This document shows, piece after piece, positions 17,998-27,019 of a DNA stretch of 64,000 bases (its first letter is position 1; each line of letters begins with the position of its first letter). A model generated the notes under the pieces. It worked only from the letters and a program-made list of their open reading frames with translations. It had not been told where the DNA came from and searched no databases. Source of the DNA: Candidatus Poribacteria bacterium (lineage in GTDB: Bacteria > Poribacteria > WGA-4E > WGA-3G); assembly GCA_009839745.1 (NCBI GenBank), contig VXPE01000036.1, positions 4,763 through 68,762 on the forward strand, read 5' to 3'. The position numbers and the translations under genes were made by a program.

Positions 17998-20900
17998 ATG
18001 ATAGATTACACAGAATTGTCGCTCCCACAACGTCAGAGAGAAGAAATTCATCGGATTTTATCCAATACTGCCGATAGAGCTGGTCATGTAGACAGCGAAT
18101 CTATATTGCGCAGCCTCCAAGAACTCACCACCAACAACACAGACATCCAGACCTGCTTTGCGGACTTCGCCATCCGCTTGTTGAAAGCCTCCATAGACGC
18201 ACCAAACCCTGAAGCCGCCTTAAATCGTTTTTCACGTTTTGCAGAGGCATCCTTTAATCGCAGATCGCTCTATCATCTACTGCGAGATGCGCCGCATATC
18301 ATACGTTCTGTCATCTTAACTTTCGGTGCATCTACCTATTTGTCTGAAATTTTAATTCGCACACCTGAATATTTCTATGACATCATCGATCCGAATGTAA
18401 TAGAGACACAGAAAACTTCGAAGATGATGTATCAGGAGCTTAAGCAATCCATCTCAAGGTTCGCTTCGGTAGAGCAGAAACTCCGTATCTTGCGGCGATA
18501 TAAACGGAGGGAAACGCTTCGTATCGGATTGCGCGATCTGCTTAAGGTGGCAAATGTTGAAACAACAACTTTAGAGTTGAGCAATTTGGCTGAAGCTGCA
18601 CTACAACACTGTTACGAAATCGGGCGTGACCAAGTGATGAAACCGAAGTTCGGGACACCCCTCGATGAAGAAGGCACTGCACCTTGTCGTTTCGCTATCA
18701 TCGGGATGGGAAAGTTAGGTGGCTATGAACTCAACTTCAGTTCTGACATTGATCTTATTTTCGTGTATTCGGATGATGCCCGGACGGATATGCGAACTGA
18801 CAATAGCGAGTACTTCTCACGCCTTTGCGAATTTCTCATCAAGGCGATGAGTGAGATAACGCCAGAGGGCTACGTCTTTCGCGTTGACATCCGCTTGCGC
18901 CCGGAAAGTAGCGCAGGTGTTATCATTCGTTCGATGGAGAGTTACGAGAGTTACTATGAAGGATGGGGTGACTTGTGGGAACGTCAAGCTTTAATTAAAG
19001 CGCGCCCTGTCGCTGGGGATATGGCATTTGGCGATGAGTTCATTCGCATGATCCAGCCGTTTGTCTATCAGCGTTATTTAGATGGCGTGACACTCACCGA
19101 GATTAAGGCAGATATCCGACGCACTAAAGCACGAATAGAGGAAAGGCTCGTCAGTGAAGGTGCGACTCTCGAAAAACATGTAAAACTCGGTCCGGGGGGT
19201 ATCCGTGACATTGAGTTCACGGTCCAGTGCCTTCAGATGATTCACGGTGCCAAGCGAAAGTCGCTGTGTTCACACAATACTTTGGAAGTGCTGGCGGCGT
19301 TAAAAGAAAACACACTCCTTAGTGTAGAGGATGCGGACGCGCTTATGGCTGCCTATAGGTTTCTACGCACGGTTGAAAACTGCATCCAACTCGAAGCGGA
19401 TCAGCAGCGTTATCTAATCCCAGAGAAAGAAACGGAGGAACGGGAACTCGCCCGGCGCGTGGGGTACCCACATACCACAGAAACGGATGCGCTGGCGGCG
19501 TTTCGAGAAGATTATCGCGTTCATACTGAACAGGTGCGCGCCATTTTTGAAAAGATCACTACGACTTCAATTCAATCTGAAGATGGGCTTGACATCGCCG
19601 TTCTACTCTCCGAAGAGGATCCGCATCAATTAGAAAATTTCTTGAGCACGTTCCGCTTTGAAAACGTCCGAAACGCGCAGCGTCTTTTAAAACAACTTGC
19701 GAACGGGGGCGATGGTATTCAATTCTCACCGAGTGTGCGGCGGACTTTCTTTAAACTTGCGCCGACACTCCTAAATGTTTTGCGTGACTCCCCGAATCCG
19801 GACATGGCACTCCGTTACCTTTCGGCGTTTACAGATAAAGTGGGTGCGCGGAGCAGCTACTACACGATGTTCGCTGAGAAGCCCTCGACACTTGAAGTGC
19901 TGACGCGGGTCTGTGGCACGAGTTTATATCTGGCAGATATGCTCATCGCGAGTCCCGAACTTTTTGATTTGCTGACGGTCCCTACGTTGATAGAACGTTC
20001 CAAAACGCTCGCCGAGAAGCAAACGGGGGCGTTACAAGTGGTCGAGGAGGCACCGGAGGGCAGACTGCTGTCTATGTTGCGGCGCTATAAAAACGATGAG
20101 ATCTGGCGTATCGCCTTGCGAAATATTCTTGGAAACGCGACATTACCCGATACGACGCAAGAACTCTCTGATTTAGCCGAAGCGACGTTGCAAGCCATTT
20201 ACCCAGAAATTGAGGCGGAACTTCGTGAGGCACACGGCACGCCACTTGCGCCCGATGGAACACCCGTAACGTTCGCGATCATTGCAATGGGTAAGTTTGG
20301 TGGACGCGAATTGAATTTCAGTTCAGACTTAGACGTTATGTACGTCTATTCGGCAGATGGTGAGACGACAAAAGGTACGCCGAATGTGGAGTATTTTTCA
20401 GCTATCGGCTTAGAGTTAGTAAATCGACTTGCTGGCAGTGGCGTGAGTATCTATGAAGTTGATCTGCGGCTCCGTCCACACGGGACAGGGGGTGCGATTG
20501 CCCTGCCATTGGCAGGATATCAGAATTATTACGATAATACTGCAGAGGTTTGGGAACGTCAGGCGTTGACACGTGGGCGTGTTGTCGCGGGAGACATAGA
20601 AGACCTTGGCAACCAATTCTTGAAAATCGCCCACGCCTTCTGTTATGGGGATGCTTTAACGTCTGAGGAGATCGCCGAGATTGTGCATACACGCCAACGG
20701 AAAGAAGCACAAGCGACTCGAAAGACATCCACTCGGCGGAGACGCGGTGGCAAAGCACAGACATCCACAGTTAATGTTAAGTCAGGCTACGGCGGACTTG
20801 TGGATATAGAATTCGCCGTTCAAACCCTTCAATTGGTGCATGGCGGCGGGGAAACTGCTGTGCGTGTGCAAAACACACCCCTCGCGATTGAGAGATTGCA

Positions 20901-21165
20901 CGAGATTGGAGTGCTGACAGAGGCACAGTGTGATGGATTCGCGGAGGCGTATCAATTTCTGAGACGCGTCGAGAATGCCCTCCGTATTGTTCACGATCGG
21001 GCGTTGGACGCGCTGCCGAAAAATCGCGCGGAACTCGGACAGCTGGCGCGCCGTCTCGGATATACAGGCAGTAACGATAGACCCGCTGCAGAAGCGTTTT
21101 TGCAGGACTACGGAAAATGGACCGAGATGACCCGTGCTCTTTTCAATGAGATTCTTGTCAAGTAA
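17998..21165 (+). CDS. glnE: bifunctional glutamine synthetase adenylyltransferase/adenylyl-removing enzyme
   Basis: GAGAGGAG SD then ATG 17998; duplicated nucleotidyltransferase cores GKLGGYELNFSSDIDLIFVY and GKFGGRELNFSSDLDVMYVY, each followed by a GlnE-C region. Confidence 0.92.
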   Translation: MIDYTELSLPQRQREEIHRILSNTADRAGHVDSESILRSLQELTTNNTDIQTCFADFAIRLLKASIDAPNPEAALNRFSRFAEASFNRRSLYHLLRDAPHIIRSVILTFGASTYLSEILIRTPEYFYDIIDPNVIETQKTSKMMYQELKQSISRFASVEQKLRILRRYKRRETLRIGLRDLLKVANVETTTLELSNLAEAALQHCYEIGRDQVMKPKFGTPLDEEGTAPCRFAIIGMGKLGGYELNFSSDIDLIFVYSDDARTDMRTDNSEYFSRLCEFLIKAMSEITPEGYVFRVDIRLRPESSAGVIIRSMESYESYYEGWGDLWERQALIKARPVAGDMAFGDEFIRMIQPFVYQRYLDGVTLTEIKADIRRTKARIEERLVSEGATLEKHVKLGPGGIRDIEFTVQCLQMIHGAKRKSLCSHNTLEVLAALKENTLLSVEDADALMAAYRFLRTVENCIQLEADQQRYLIPEKETEERELARRVGYPHTTETDALAAFREDYRVHTEQVRAIFEKITTTSIQSEDGLDIAVLLSEEDPHQLENFLSTFRFENVRNAQRLLKQLANGGDGIQFSPSVRRTFFKLAPTLLNVLRDSPNPDMALRYLSAFTDKVGARSSYYTMFAEKPSTLEVLTRVCGTSLYLADMLIASPELFDLLTVPTLIERSKTLAEKQTGALQVVEEAPEGRLLSMLRRYKNDEIWRIALRNILGNATLPDTTQELSDLAEATLQAIYPEIEAELREAHGTPLAPDGTPVTFAIIAMGKFGGRELNFSSDLDVMYVYSADGETTKGTPNVEYFSAIGLELVNRLAGSGVSIYEVDLRLRPHGTGGAIALPLAGYQNYYDNTAEVWERQALTRGRVVAGDIEDLGNQFLKIAHAFCYGDALTSEEIAEIVHTRQRKEAQATRKTSTRRRRGGKAQTSTVNVKSGYGGLVDIEFAVQTLQLVHGGGETAVRVQNTPLAIERLHEIGVLTEAQCDGFAEAYQFLRRVENALRIVHDRALDALPKNRAELGQLARRLGYTGSNDRPAAEAFLQDYGKWTEMTRALFNEILVK

Positions 21166-21290
21166 ATGACATAGCGATACACACCTATGTATGGTAGACT
21201 TCAAAATTATAGTTTTTAACCCAGTAAGGTTTTAGTTTTGGGATTGTGAAACCGCATTGACATTAAGAATACAACTCCGAGGAGGCATTC

Positions 21291-22316
21291 ATGGTATCCG
21301 AACTGCCATTTTTTGACTCTCGCTCTCCGAAGAATGTAATTTTTTGCATAGGAGACGGTATGGGCTTTGAAGCAGTCAAAGCCGCGGGATACTATGCCTA
21401 TGGTGAAACAGGCACCCTGTCTTTTGAAGCGTTCCCACACCATGCAGAAATGGCGACTTATGCAGCAAACTCACCTATGACAGACTCTGCCGCCGCTGCA
21501 ACCGCTATGGCAACGGGACACAAAGTCAACAACGGTGTCATCAGTATGGAATTCCCCGGTAGCGGTTCTCCATTGAAGACGCTCTTAGAAATTTTCAAGG
21601 CACAAGACAGATGGACTGGACTTGTGTCAACTACCTACATCACCCACGCGACCCCCGCAGCATTTGCTGCACACAACCCCGAACGCAACAACCTCACCGA
21701 TATTGCCCACGATTACCTTCATCTTACTCGCCCAAACGTCCTTTTGGGCGGCGGTGGCAATGGACTCACTGAGAAAGATGCCGAAGTCGCAGGTTATACC
21801 GTTGTGAGCGAGCGAGAGGGATTGTTGAACCTCAATACCGACATTGAAAACTATGTTTCTGGGCAGTTCGGAGATACGAATATCCCATACATGTTCGATG
21901 GTCCCAACGATTTGCCCCATCTGTCAGAGATGGCGATAGTAGCATTGGACATCCTCTCTAATGCCCCAGAAGGGTTTTTCTTGCTTGTTGAGGGTGGACG
22001 TATTGATCATGCCGGACACTCTAATGACATTGAACGCAACATTTTGGAGACAATTGAGTTTTCCAAAACGGTCCAAATCATTGTTGACCGCGTTTCTGAA
22101 CGAGACGATACCCTTATTCTTGTTACTGCCGACCACGAAACGGGAGGGCTGAAAGTTCATAAAAATAATGGGGAGGGACACGTTCCTGAAATTTCTTGGA
22201 GTACAGGTGGGCACACCGTCAGTAACGTGCCGCTTTACGGTTGGGGTAGAAACGCTGAACGGGTAGGAGGCATCATGAACAATACAGACCTTATTAAGAT
22301 AGTAGGATGTCAGTAA
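21291..22316 (+). CDS. alkaline phosphatase (PhoA family), no recognisable signal peptide
   Basis: GAGGAGG SD; CIGDGMG, TDSAAAATAMATGHK (nucleophile Ser), IDHAGH, ADHETGG. Confidence 0.85.
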   Translation: MVSELPFFDSRSPKNVIFCIGDGMGFEAVKAAGYYAYGETGTLSFEAFPHHAEMATYAANSPMTDSAAAATAMATGHKVNNGVISMEFPGSGSPLKTLLEIFKAQDRWTGLVSTTYITHATPAAFAAHNPERNNLTDIAHDYLHLTRPNVLLGGGGNGLTEKDAEVAGYTVVSEREGLLNLNTDIENYVSGQFGDTNIPYMFDGPNDLPHLSEMAIVALDILSNAPEGFFLLVEGGRIDHAGHSNDIERNILETIEFSKTVQIIVDRVSERDDTLILVTADHETGGLKVHKNNGEGHVPEISWSTGGHTVSNVPLYGWGRNAERVGGIMNNTDLIKIVGCQ

Positions 22317-22387
22317 ATTTTCCTTGAGAAATCGCGATGAACTTGCTAAAATAGCTGCCAATTCATTTTGGAGTAGGGAGAAAATTT

Positions 22388-23248
22388 ATGGTTTTTGGAC
22401 AAGGCACACATCAATATACTGTGCAAGAAAATTGGTGGACCCTTCCAGAGGGTTGGGAATTTGGTTGGGTTCCCGCTGTTGCTGTCGATTCACAGGATCG
22501 CATTTATGTTTACAGTCGCAGCGAGCATCCCATGGTCGTCTTCGATCGGGACGGCAATTTTCTCAATTCTTGGGGAGATGATATTCTTAAGGACGCTCAC
22601 GGGATTTTCATCGATGCCGACGATAATATCTATTGTACGGAACGGGACACACACGTTATGCGGAAGTTCACTACGGACGGTGAACTGTTGATGACGCTCG
22701 GCACACCAGACGTACCCGGTGCGGAAGGCGATCCTTTCAACAAGCCGACAGATTTGGCAGTCGGTCCTGATGGCGAACTGTATATCACCGACGGTTATGG
22801 CAACGCCCGCGTCCATAAATACTCACCTGATGGTGAGCTCATTAAATCGTGGGGACAACCCGGCACAGGTCCGAGTGAGTTTAACCTCCCGCATTGTGTG
22901 AGAGTTGATCCGCGCAATAGGCTCATGGTCGCCGATAGAGAAAACAATCGTATCCAATTCTTCACGCTCGATGGTGAGTACATTGAAGAATGGGGAGGTC
23001 TGGCACATCCAGACACGATCTACATCAGTGAAGATGAACTCGTCTATATCGCTGAACTGGATCAACGTATCACGATTATGACCTTGGATGGTGGGGTCGT
23101 TTCCCAATGGGGTAGCGAACGCGGCAGTAGCGTCCCCGGTGAATTTATGGCATGCCCACACGGTATCTGGTTGGATTCGCGCGGCGATATCTATGTCGGT
23201 GAAGTTCAAGCGGATGCCCGTCTTCAAAAGTTCATCCGACAACGTTAG
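22388..23248 (+). CDS. NHL-repeat six-bladed beta-propeller, peptidyl-alpha-hydroxyglycine alpha-amidating lyase (PAL)-like
   Basis: PAL-like motifs TDGYGNARVHKY, LPHCVRV, VADRENNRIQFF, ACPHGIWLD; no signal peptide. Confidence 0.65.
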   Translation: MVFGQGTHQYTVQENWWTLPEGWEFGWVPAVAVDSQDRIYVYSRSEHPMVVFDRDGNFLNSWGDDILKDAHGIFIDADDNIYCTERDTHVMRKFTTDGELLMTLGTPDVPGAEGDPFNKPTDLAVGPDGELYITDGYGNARVHKYSPDGELIKSWGQPGTGPSEFNLPHCVRVDPRNRLMVADRENNRIQFFTLDGEYIEEWGGLAHPDTIYISEDELVYIAELDQRITIMTLDGGVVSQWGSERGSSVPGEFMACPHGIWLDSRGDIYVGEVQADARLQKFIRQR

Positions 23249-23258
23249 TAAGCTAAAC

Positions 23259-23351
23259 GGTTATCAGTCGTCGGTTCGGTTGTCAGACAAGAGGTTTTCG
23301 TTTAACAACGCCCTCTTGTAACTGATAACCGATAACTGACAACTGAAAACC
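23259..23351. repeat. MITE-like imperfect palindrome: heptamer arms flanking an ACAAGAGG/CCTCTTGT hairpin
   Basis: GGTTATCAGTCGTCGGTTCGGTTGTCAG-ACAAGAGG-ttttcgtttaacaacgc-CCTCTTGT-AACTGATAACCGATAACTGACAACTGAAAACC; second copy at 29590-29650 in opposite orientation. Confidence 0.65.
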
Positions 23352-23375
23352 ATTCCTACATTCAGGTTGAGCATC

Positions 23376-24800
23376 ATGGAAACCGAAAGTTTCTCGTTTT
23401 TCCAGAAAGTGAATAAGGATTTTGACAAGGCTGCCCGGTTCACTGACTATCCGCGTGGGCTTTTGGAGCAGATAAAGATATGTAATAACTCCTGCCACTT
23501 CACATTTCCAATAAAGCGGGACGACGACACTATTCAAACTATTCACGGATGGCGCGCGGAACATAGCCATCATATCCTTCCGACAAAAGGGGGCATTCGT
23601 TACAGCACCCTCGTCAACGAAGACGAGATAATGGCACTTGCGGCATTGATGACCTACAAGTGCGCGCTTGTAGATGTGCCGTTCGGTGGTGCTAAGGGTG
23701 GCATCCAATTGGATAGACGCGAGTATTCCGAAAGTGAATTGGAACGCATTACTCGTCGTTATACGTATGAGTTGATCCAGAAGAATTACATCGGACCCGG
23801 GGTAGATGTGCCAGCGCCTGATTTTGGGACCAGCGAAACCGAAATGACGTGGATTTTGGATACGTATATTACAATGGCACCTGACAAACTCAATGCTATT
23901 GCGTGCGTAACAGGTAAACCGATCGAACAAAACGGGATCCAGGGACGGAAAGGGGCTACCGGACGCGGGGTCGTCTTCGGTTTGGAAGAAGCATGCAGCT
24001 TCGCAGAGGATATGAAACCGCTTGGGCTCTCCGCCGGTCTACAGGGAAAAAGTGTCATTGTCCAAGGGTTTGGTAATGTCGGTTATCATACTGCGAAGTT
24101 TCTGATAGAGGCGGATGCTCACATCATTGGGATTATAGAGCGAAATGGTGGCATCTATGACCCACGAGGCTTTGATGTCGAAAAAGTTGCCGCACATCGT
24201 GCGGAAACCGGATCAATCCGCGGGTATCCGGGTGCTGAACGCATTGAGCATCCGAGCGATGGTCTGGAATTAGCCTGTGATATTCTCATTCCCGCTGCGC
24301 TCGAGAATCAGCTGACAGCAGAAAACGCGCCCCGAATCAAAGCCGCTATTATCGCTGAAGCTGCAAATGGACCCACAACACCTGCTGCTGATGAAATTTT
24401 CCAAAAACGGGGGATTATGATTATACCGGACACTTTCCTCAACGCAGGGGGTGTCACCGTTTCCTATTTCGAGTGGCTTCGGAATCTGTCGCATGTCCAA
24501 TTTGGGAGGCTCGGCAAACGGTTTGAGGACCAAACGCAACACGTGATGCGTCGCGCTGTTGAGAAGGCGACTGGTTATACATTTTCAGACGAGGAACGTG
24601 AGTTCATACATGGTGCTGATGAGGAAGATTTGGTGAACTCTGGTCTTCAGGATACGATGATAAACGCCTATCAGGAGATACGTGAAATCTGCATGCAGCA
24701 CAGAAACAAAAACGATGTCATAGATTATCGAACGGGGGCGTATATCAACGCCATCCACAAAATCGCGAAATCCTATATGCAGTTAGGTATTTTCCCATAA
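23376..24800 (+). CDS. gdh: Glu/Leu/Phe/Val dehydrogenase family, glutamate dehydrogenase-like
   Basis: KCALVDVPFGGAKGGI catalytic Lys box and GFGNVG dinucleotide fold; ATG 23376 (track TTG 23367). Confidence 0.88.
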   Translation: METESFSFFQKVNKDFDKAARFTDYPRGLLEQIKICNNSCHFTFPIKRDDDTIQTIHGWRAEHSHHILPTKGGIRYSTLVNEDEIMALAALMTYKCALVDVPFGGAKGGIQLDRREYSESELERITRRYTYELIQKNYIGPGVDVPAPDFGTSETEMTWILDTYITMAPDKLNAIACVTGKPIEQNGIQGRKGATGRGVVFGLEEACSFAEDMKPLGLSAGLQGKSVIVQGFGNVGYHTAKFLIEADAHIIGIIERNGGIYDPRGFDVEKVAAHRAETGSIRGYPGAERIEHPSDGLELACDILIPAALENQLTAENAPRIKAAIIAEAANGPTTPAADEIFQKRGIMIIPDTFLNAGGVTVSYFEWLRNLSHVQFGRLGKRFEDQTQHVMRRAVEKATGYTFSDEEREFIHGADEEDLVNSGLQDTMINAYQEIREICMQHRNKNDVIDYRTGAYINAIHKIAKSYMQLGIFP

Positions 24801-24820
24801 AAGGATCTGATGGAGAAAAA

Positions 24821-25573
24821 ATGATAGCATTAAGTGTGAATGTCAATAAAATTGCAACATTACGAAACTCCCGAGGTGGTGATATTCCGGATGTTCTCAC
24901 CGCTGTCAATACCTGTGTCGCCGCTGGTGCGCAAGGCATTACCGTGCACCCACGCGAGGATCAGCGTCATATCACCCCAGCAGATGTGCAGGACATCGCT
25001 GAACGGTTAATAGAAATCAATACCCAAGAATCCCTCAACATTGAATACAACATCGAAGGCGATCCGAGACCTGACCTCATTGATATGGTGCTACGTACAA
25101 AACCGACACAATGCACGCTTGTTCCAGTCGTGGTAGGTGAAATAACAAGTCACACCGTCTGGGACATACGCAAAGATGGGGATATGCTGAAACCGATCAT
25201 CGAAACGTTGAAAAATGCTGATATCCGTGTGAGTCTATTTAGTGGAACAGACATGGAACAGATAGCGAGAACACGTGACATCGGCGCAGACAGAATTGAA
25301 CTTTATACTGCACCTTACGCGATGGCACAGACACAGTCGGAAATTGAACATGAATTTGCATTATTGGAAAATACCTCGACAAAAGCGGTAGATTTAGGGC
25401 TGGGTGTCAATGCTGGACACGATCTGAATCTTGAAAACCTACCGTTGATGCAGAAATTACCGGGCCTTCTTGAAGTCTCCATCGGACACCATCTCATGGC
25501 GGATGCACTTTATATCGGGATGGAAGCCGCTGTTAAAGCCTATCGACGCGCATTAGGGCAACAGACGACATGA
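24821..25573 (+). CDS. pdxJ: pyridoxine 5'-phosphate synthase
   Basis: LSVNVNKIATLRNSRGG, ITVHPREDQRHI, ELYTAPYA, NAGHDLN. Confidence 0.9.
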   Translation: MIALSVNVNKIATLRNSRGGDIPDVLTAVNTCVAAGAQGITVHPREDQRHITPADVQDIAERLIEINTQESLNIEYNIEGDPRPDLIDMVLRTKPTQCTLVPVVVGEITSHTVWDIRKDGDMLKPIIETLKNADIRVSLFSGTDMEQIARTRDIGADRIELYTAPYAMAQTQSEIEHEFALLENTSTKAVDLGLGVNAGHDLNLENLPLMQKLPGLLEVSIGHHLMADALYIGMEAAVKAYRRALGQQTT

Positions 25574-26211
25574 CAGCATCTAAAACATGTGCCATTTTCG
25601 ATTTAGATGGCACGATCATCCGTCTCTCCTCAGAACAGGTTTTTTTAACATATCTGTTGAACCACGGTGAGATCCCCATACCGAATCTGCTTGCGTGGAC
25701 CTCCAATTTTCTGAGAGTTAAGTCCTTACCTGTGGCAAAATCCAACAAAATCTATCTCCGCGGTTTAGAACAGAATCACATCCATGAGATTGCACATCGC
25801 TGTTTTGTCGAGAGGTTGCGTGCGAGCATCGCGCCTCACATTCCCGATTTGATCCACGCCCACCGTGCCGAAGGACGCACGGTTATTCTCATGTCAGGTT
25901 CGTTGTCGTTCCTTGTTGAGCCGTTTCATGAGCATTTTCAAACCGATATGATGGTCGCGCACGAATTGGAAGTCGTTGATGGAAGATTTACAGGACAACG
26001 TATCGGATTGCACCCTTTTGCGGCAAACAAAGCGAGACTTGCCCACCAGCTCGCGACTGAACATGGATTTGACCTGAGTGCTTCCTACGCATACGGAAAC
26101 CATCACACGGATGCCCATAAACTGGCGTTATTTGGACACCCAGTTGCCGTCAACCCCGACCGAAAATTGCGGCAAATTGCAACGGAAAAGGGTTGGGACA
26201 TCGAAAAATGA
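25570..26211 (+). CDS. HAD-IB family hydrolase (SerB/phosphatase-like)
   Basis: Motif I FDLDGTI, motif II MSGS, C-terminal YGNHHTD; 4-nt overlap with pdxJ stop. Confidence 0.75.
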   Translation: MTASKTCAIFDLDGTIIRLSSEQVFLTYLLNHGEIPIPNLLAWTSNFLRVKSLPVAKSNKIYLRGLEQNHIHEIAHRCFVERLRASIAPHIPDLIHAHRAEGRTVILMSGSLSFLVEPFHEHFQTDMMVAHELEVVDGRFTGQRIGLHPFAANKARLAHQLATEHGFDLSASYAYGNHHTDAHKLALFGHPVAVNPDRKLRQIATEKGWDIEK

Positions 26212-26918
26212 GACTTGAAAAGTATATTGCTACCTCAGGAATCGCCTCGCGGCGGTCGGTAAAAAAGAGCATCCATGCCGGTTTAGTCACTGTCAACGGC
26301 GAACCTGTTTTGGTTCCGGGACACCCGATTGAAGTGGGAATCGATACTATTGAATTTGAGGGGAAACAGGTTGAACCGTTAGCAGAACACATCTATTTGA
26401 TGCTGAATAAGCCCGCAGGCTGTTTAACGACGCGCCACGATGAACGCGGGAGACCTACCGTCATGGACCTCGTCTCGGACCTGTCCGACACCATCTATCC
26501 TGTCGGACGCTTAGATTTGGAGACCGAAGGACTCCTTCTCTTCACAAACGACGGAAACTTTGCATATCGGTTGCTACATCCGAGCCATGAAGTAGAGAAA
26601 ACTTATCTCGTGTGGGTGAAAGGTGTGCCGCGCGACGAAGCGGTTCAGCGGTTGCGTGAAGGGATCACAATTCCGAGCGGCAGAACGGCACCGGCGAAGG
26701 TCAAGCGCTTAAGAGTCAGTAAAGATGGCGCGACAGCGAAATTTGAGGTCGTGATCCACGAGGGAAAGAAACGGCAGGTACGGTTAATGTTTAAAGCCGT
26801 TGGACACCCAGTCATCCGTTTGAAGCGGGTCCGAATCGGCAATTTGCGGTTAGGGAATCTTCCGTCTGGACAGTATCGACTTCTAACCGCAGATGAGATT
26901 GCTGCGTTGATGTTATAG
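26208..26918 (+). CDS. rRNA pseudouridine synthase, RsuA/RluB family (S4 domain + catalytic domain)
   Basis: ATGA overlap with upstream stop; S4 motif RLEKYIATSGIASRR; catalytic VGRLDLETEGLLLFTNDG. Confidence 0.88.
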   Translation: MRLEKYIATSGIASRRSVKKSIHAGLVTVNGEPVLVPGHPIEVGIDTIEFEGKQVEPLAEHIYLMLNKPAGCLTTRHDERGRPTVMDLVSDLSDTIYPVGRLDLETEGLLLFTNDGNFAYRLLHPSHEVEKTYLVWVKGVPRDEAVQRLREGITIPSGRTAPAKVKRLRVSKDGATAKFEVVIHEGKKRQVRLMFKAVGHPVIRLKRVRIGNLRLGNLPSGQYRLLTADEIAALML

Positions 26919-27019
26919 GTACGGTTGGAATGCAGGTCGCATGAATCAACGGTATGAAGGTTCTCCGTGTGGCATTCACTGGGGCGAGTACGCCGCAAAA
27001 CCGCACCTACCAGAAATTG

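Noticed and set aside
21291-22316. Alkaline phosphatase without a signal peptide as a possible mis-start or pseudogene
   Set aside because: A strong GAGGAGG SD precedes ATG 21291 and all catalytic motifs are intact. I noted the lack of an export signal but did not consider it enough for a finding.
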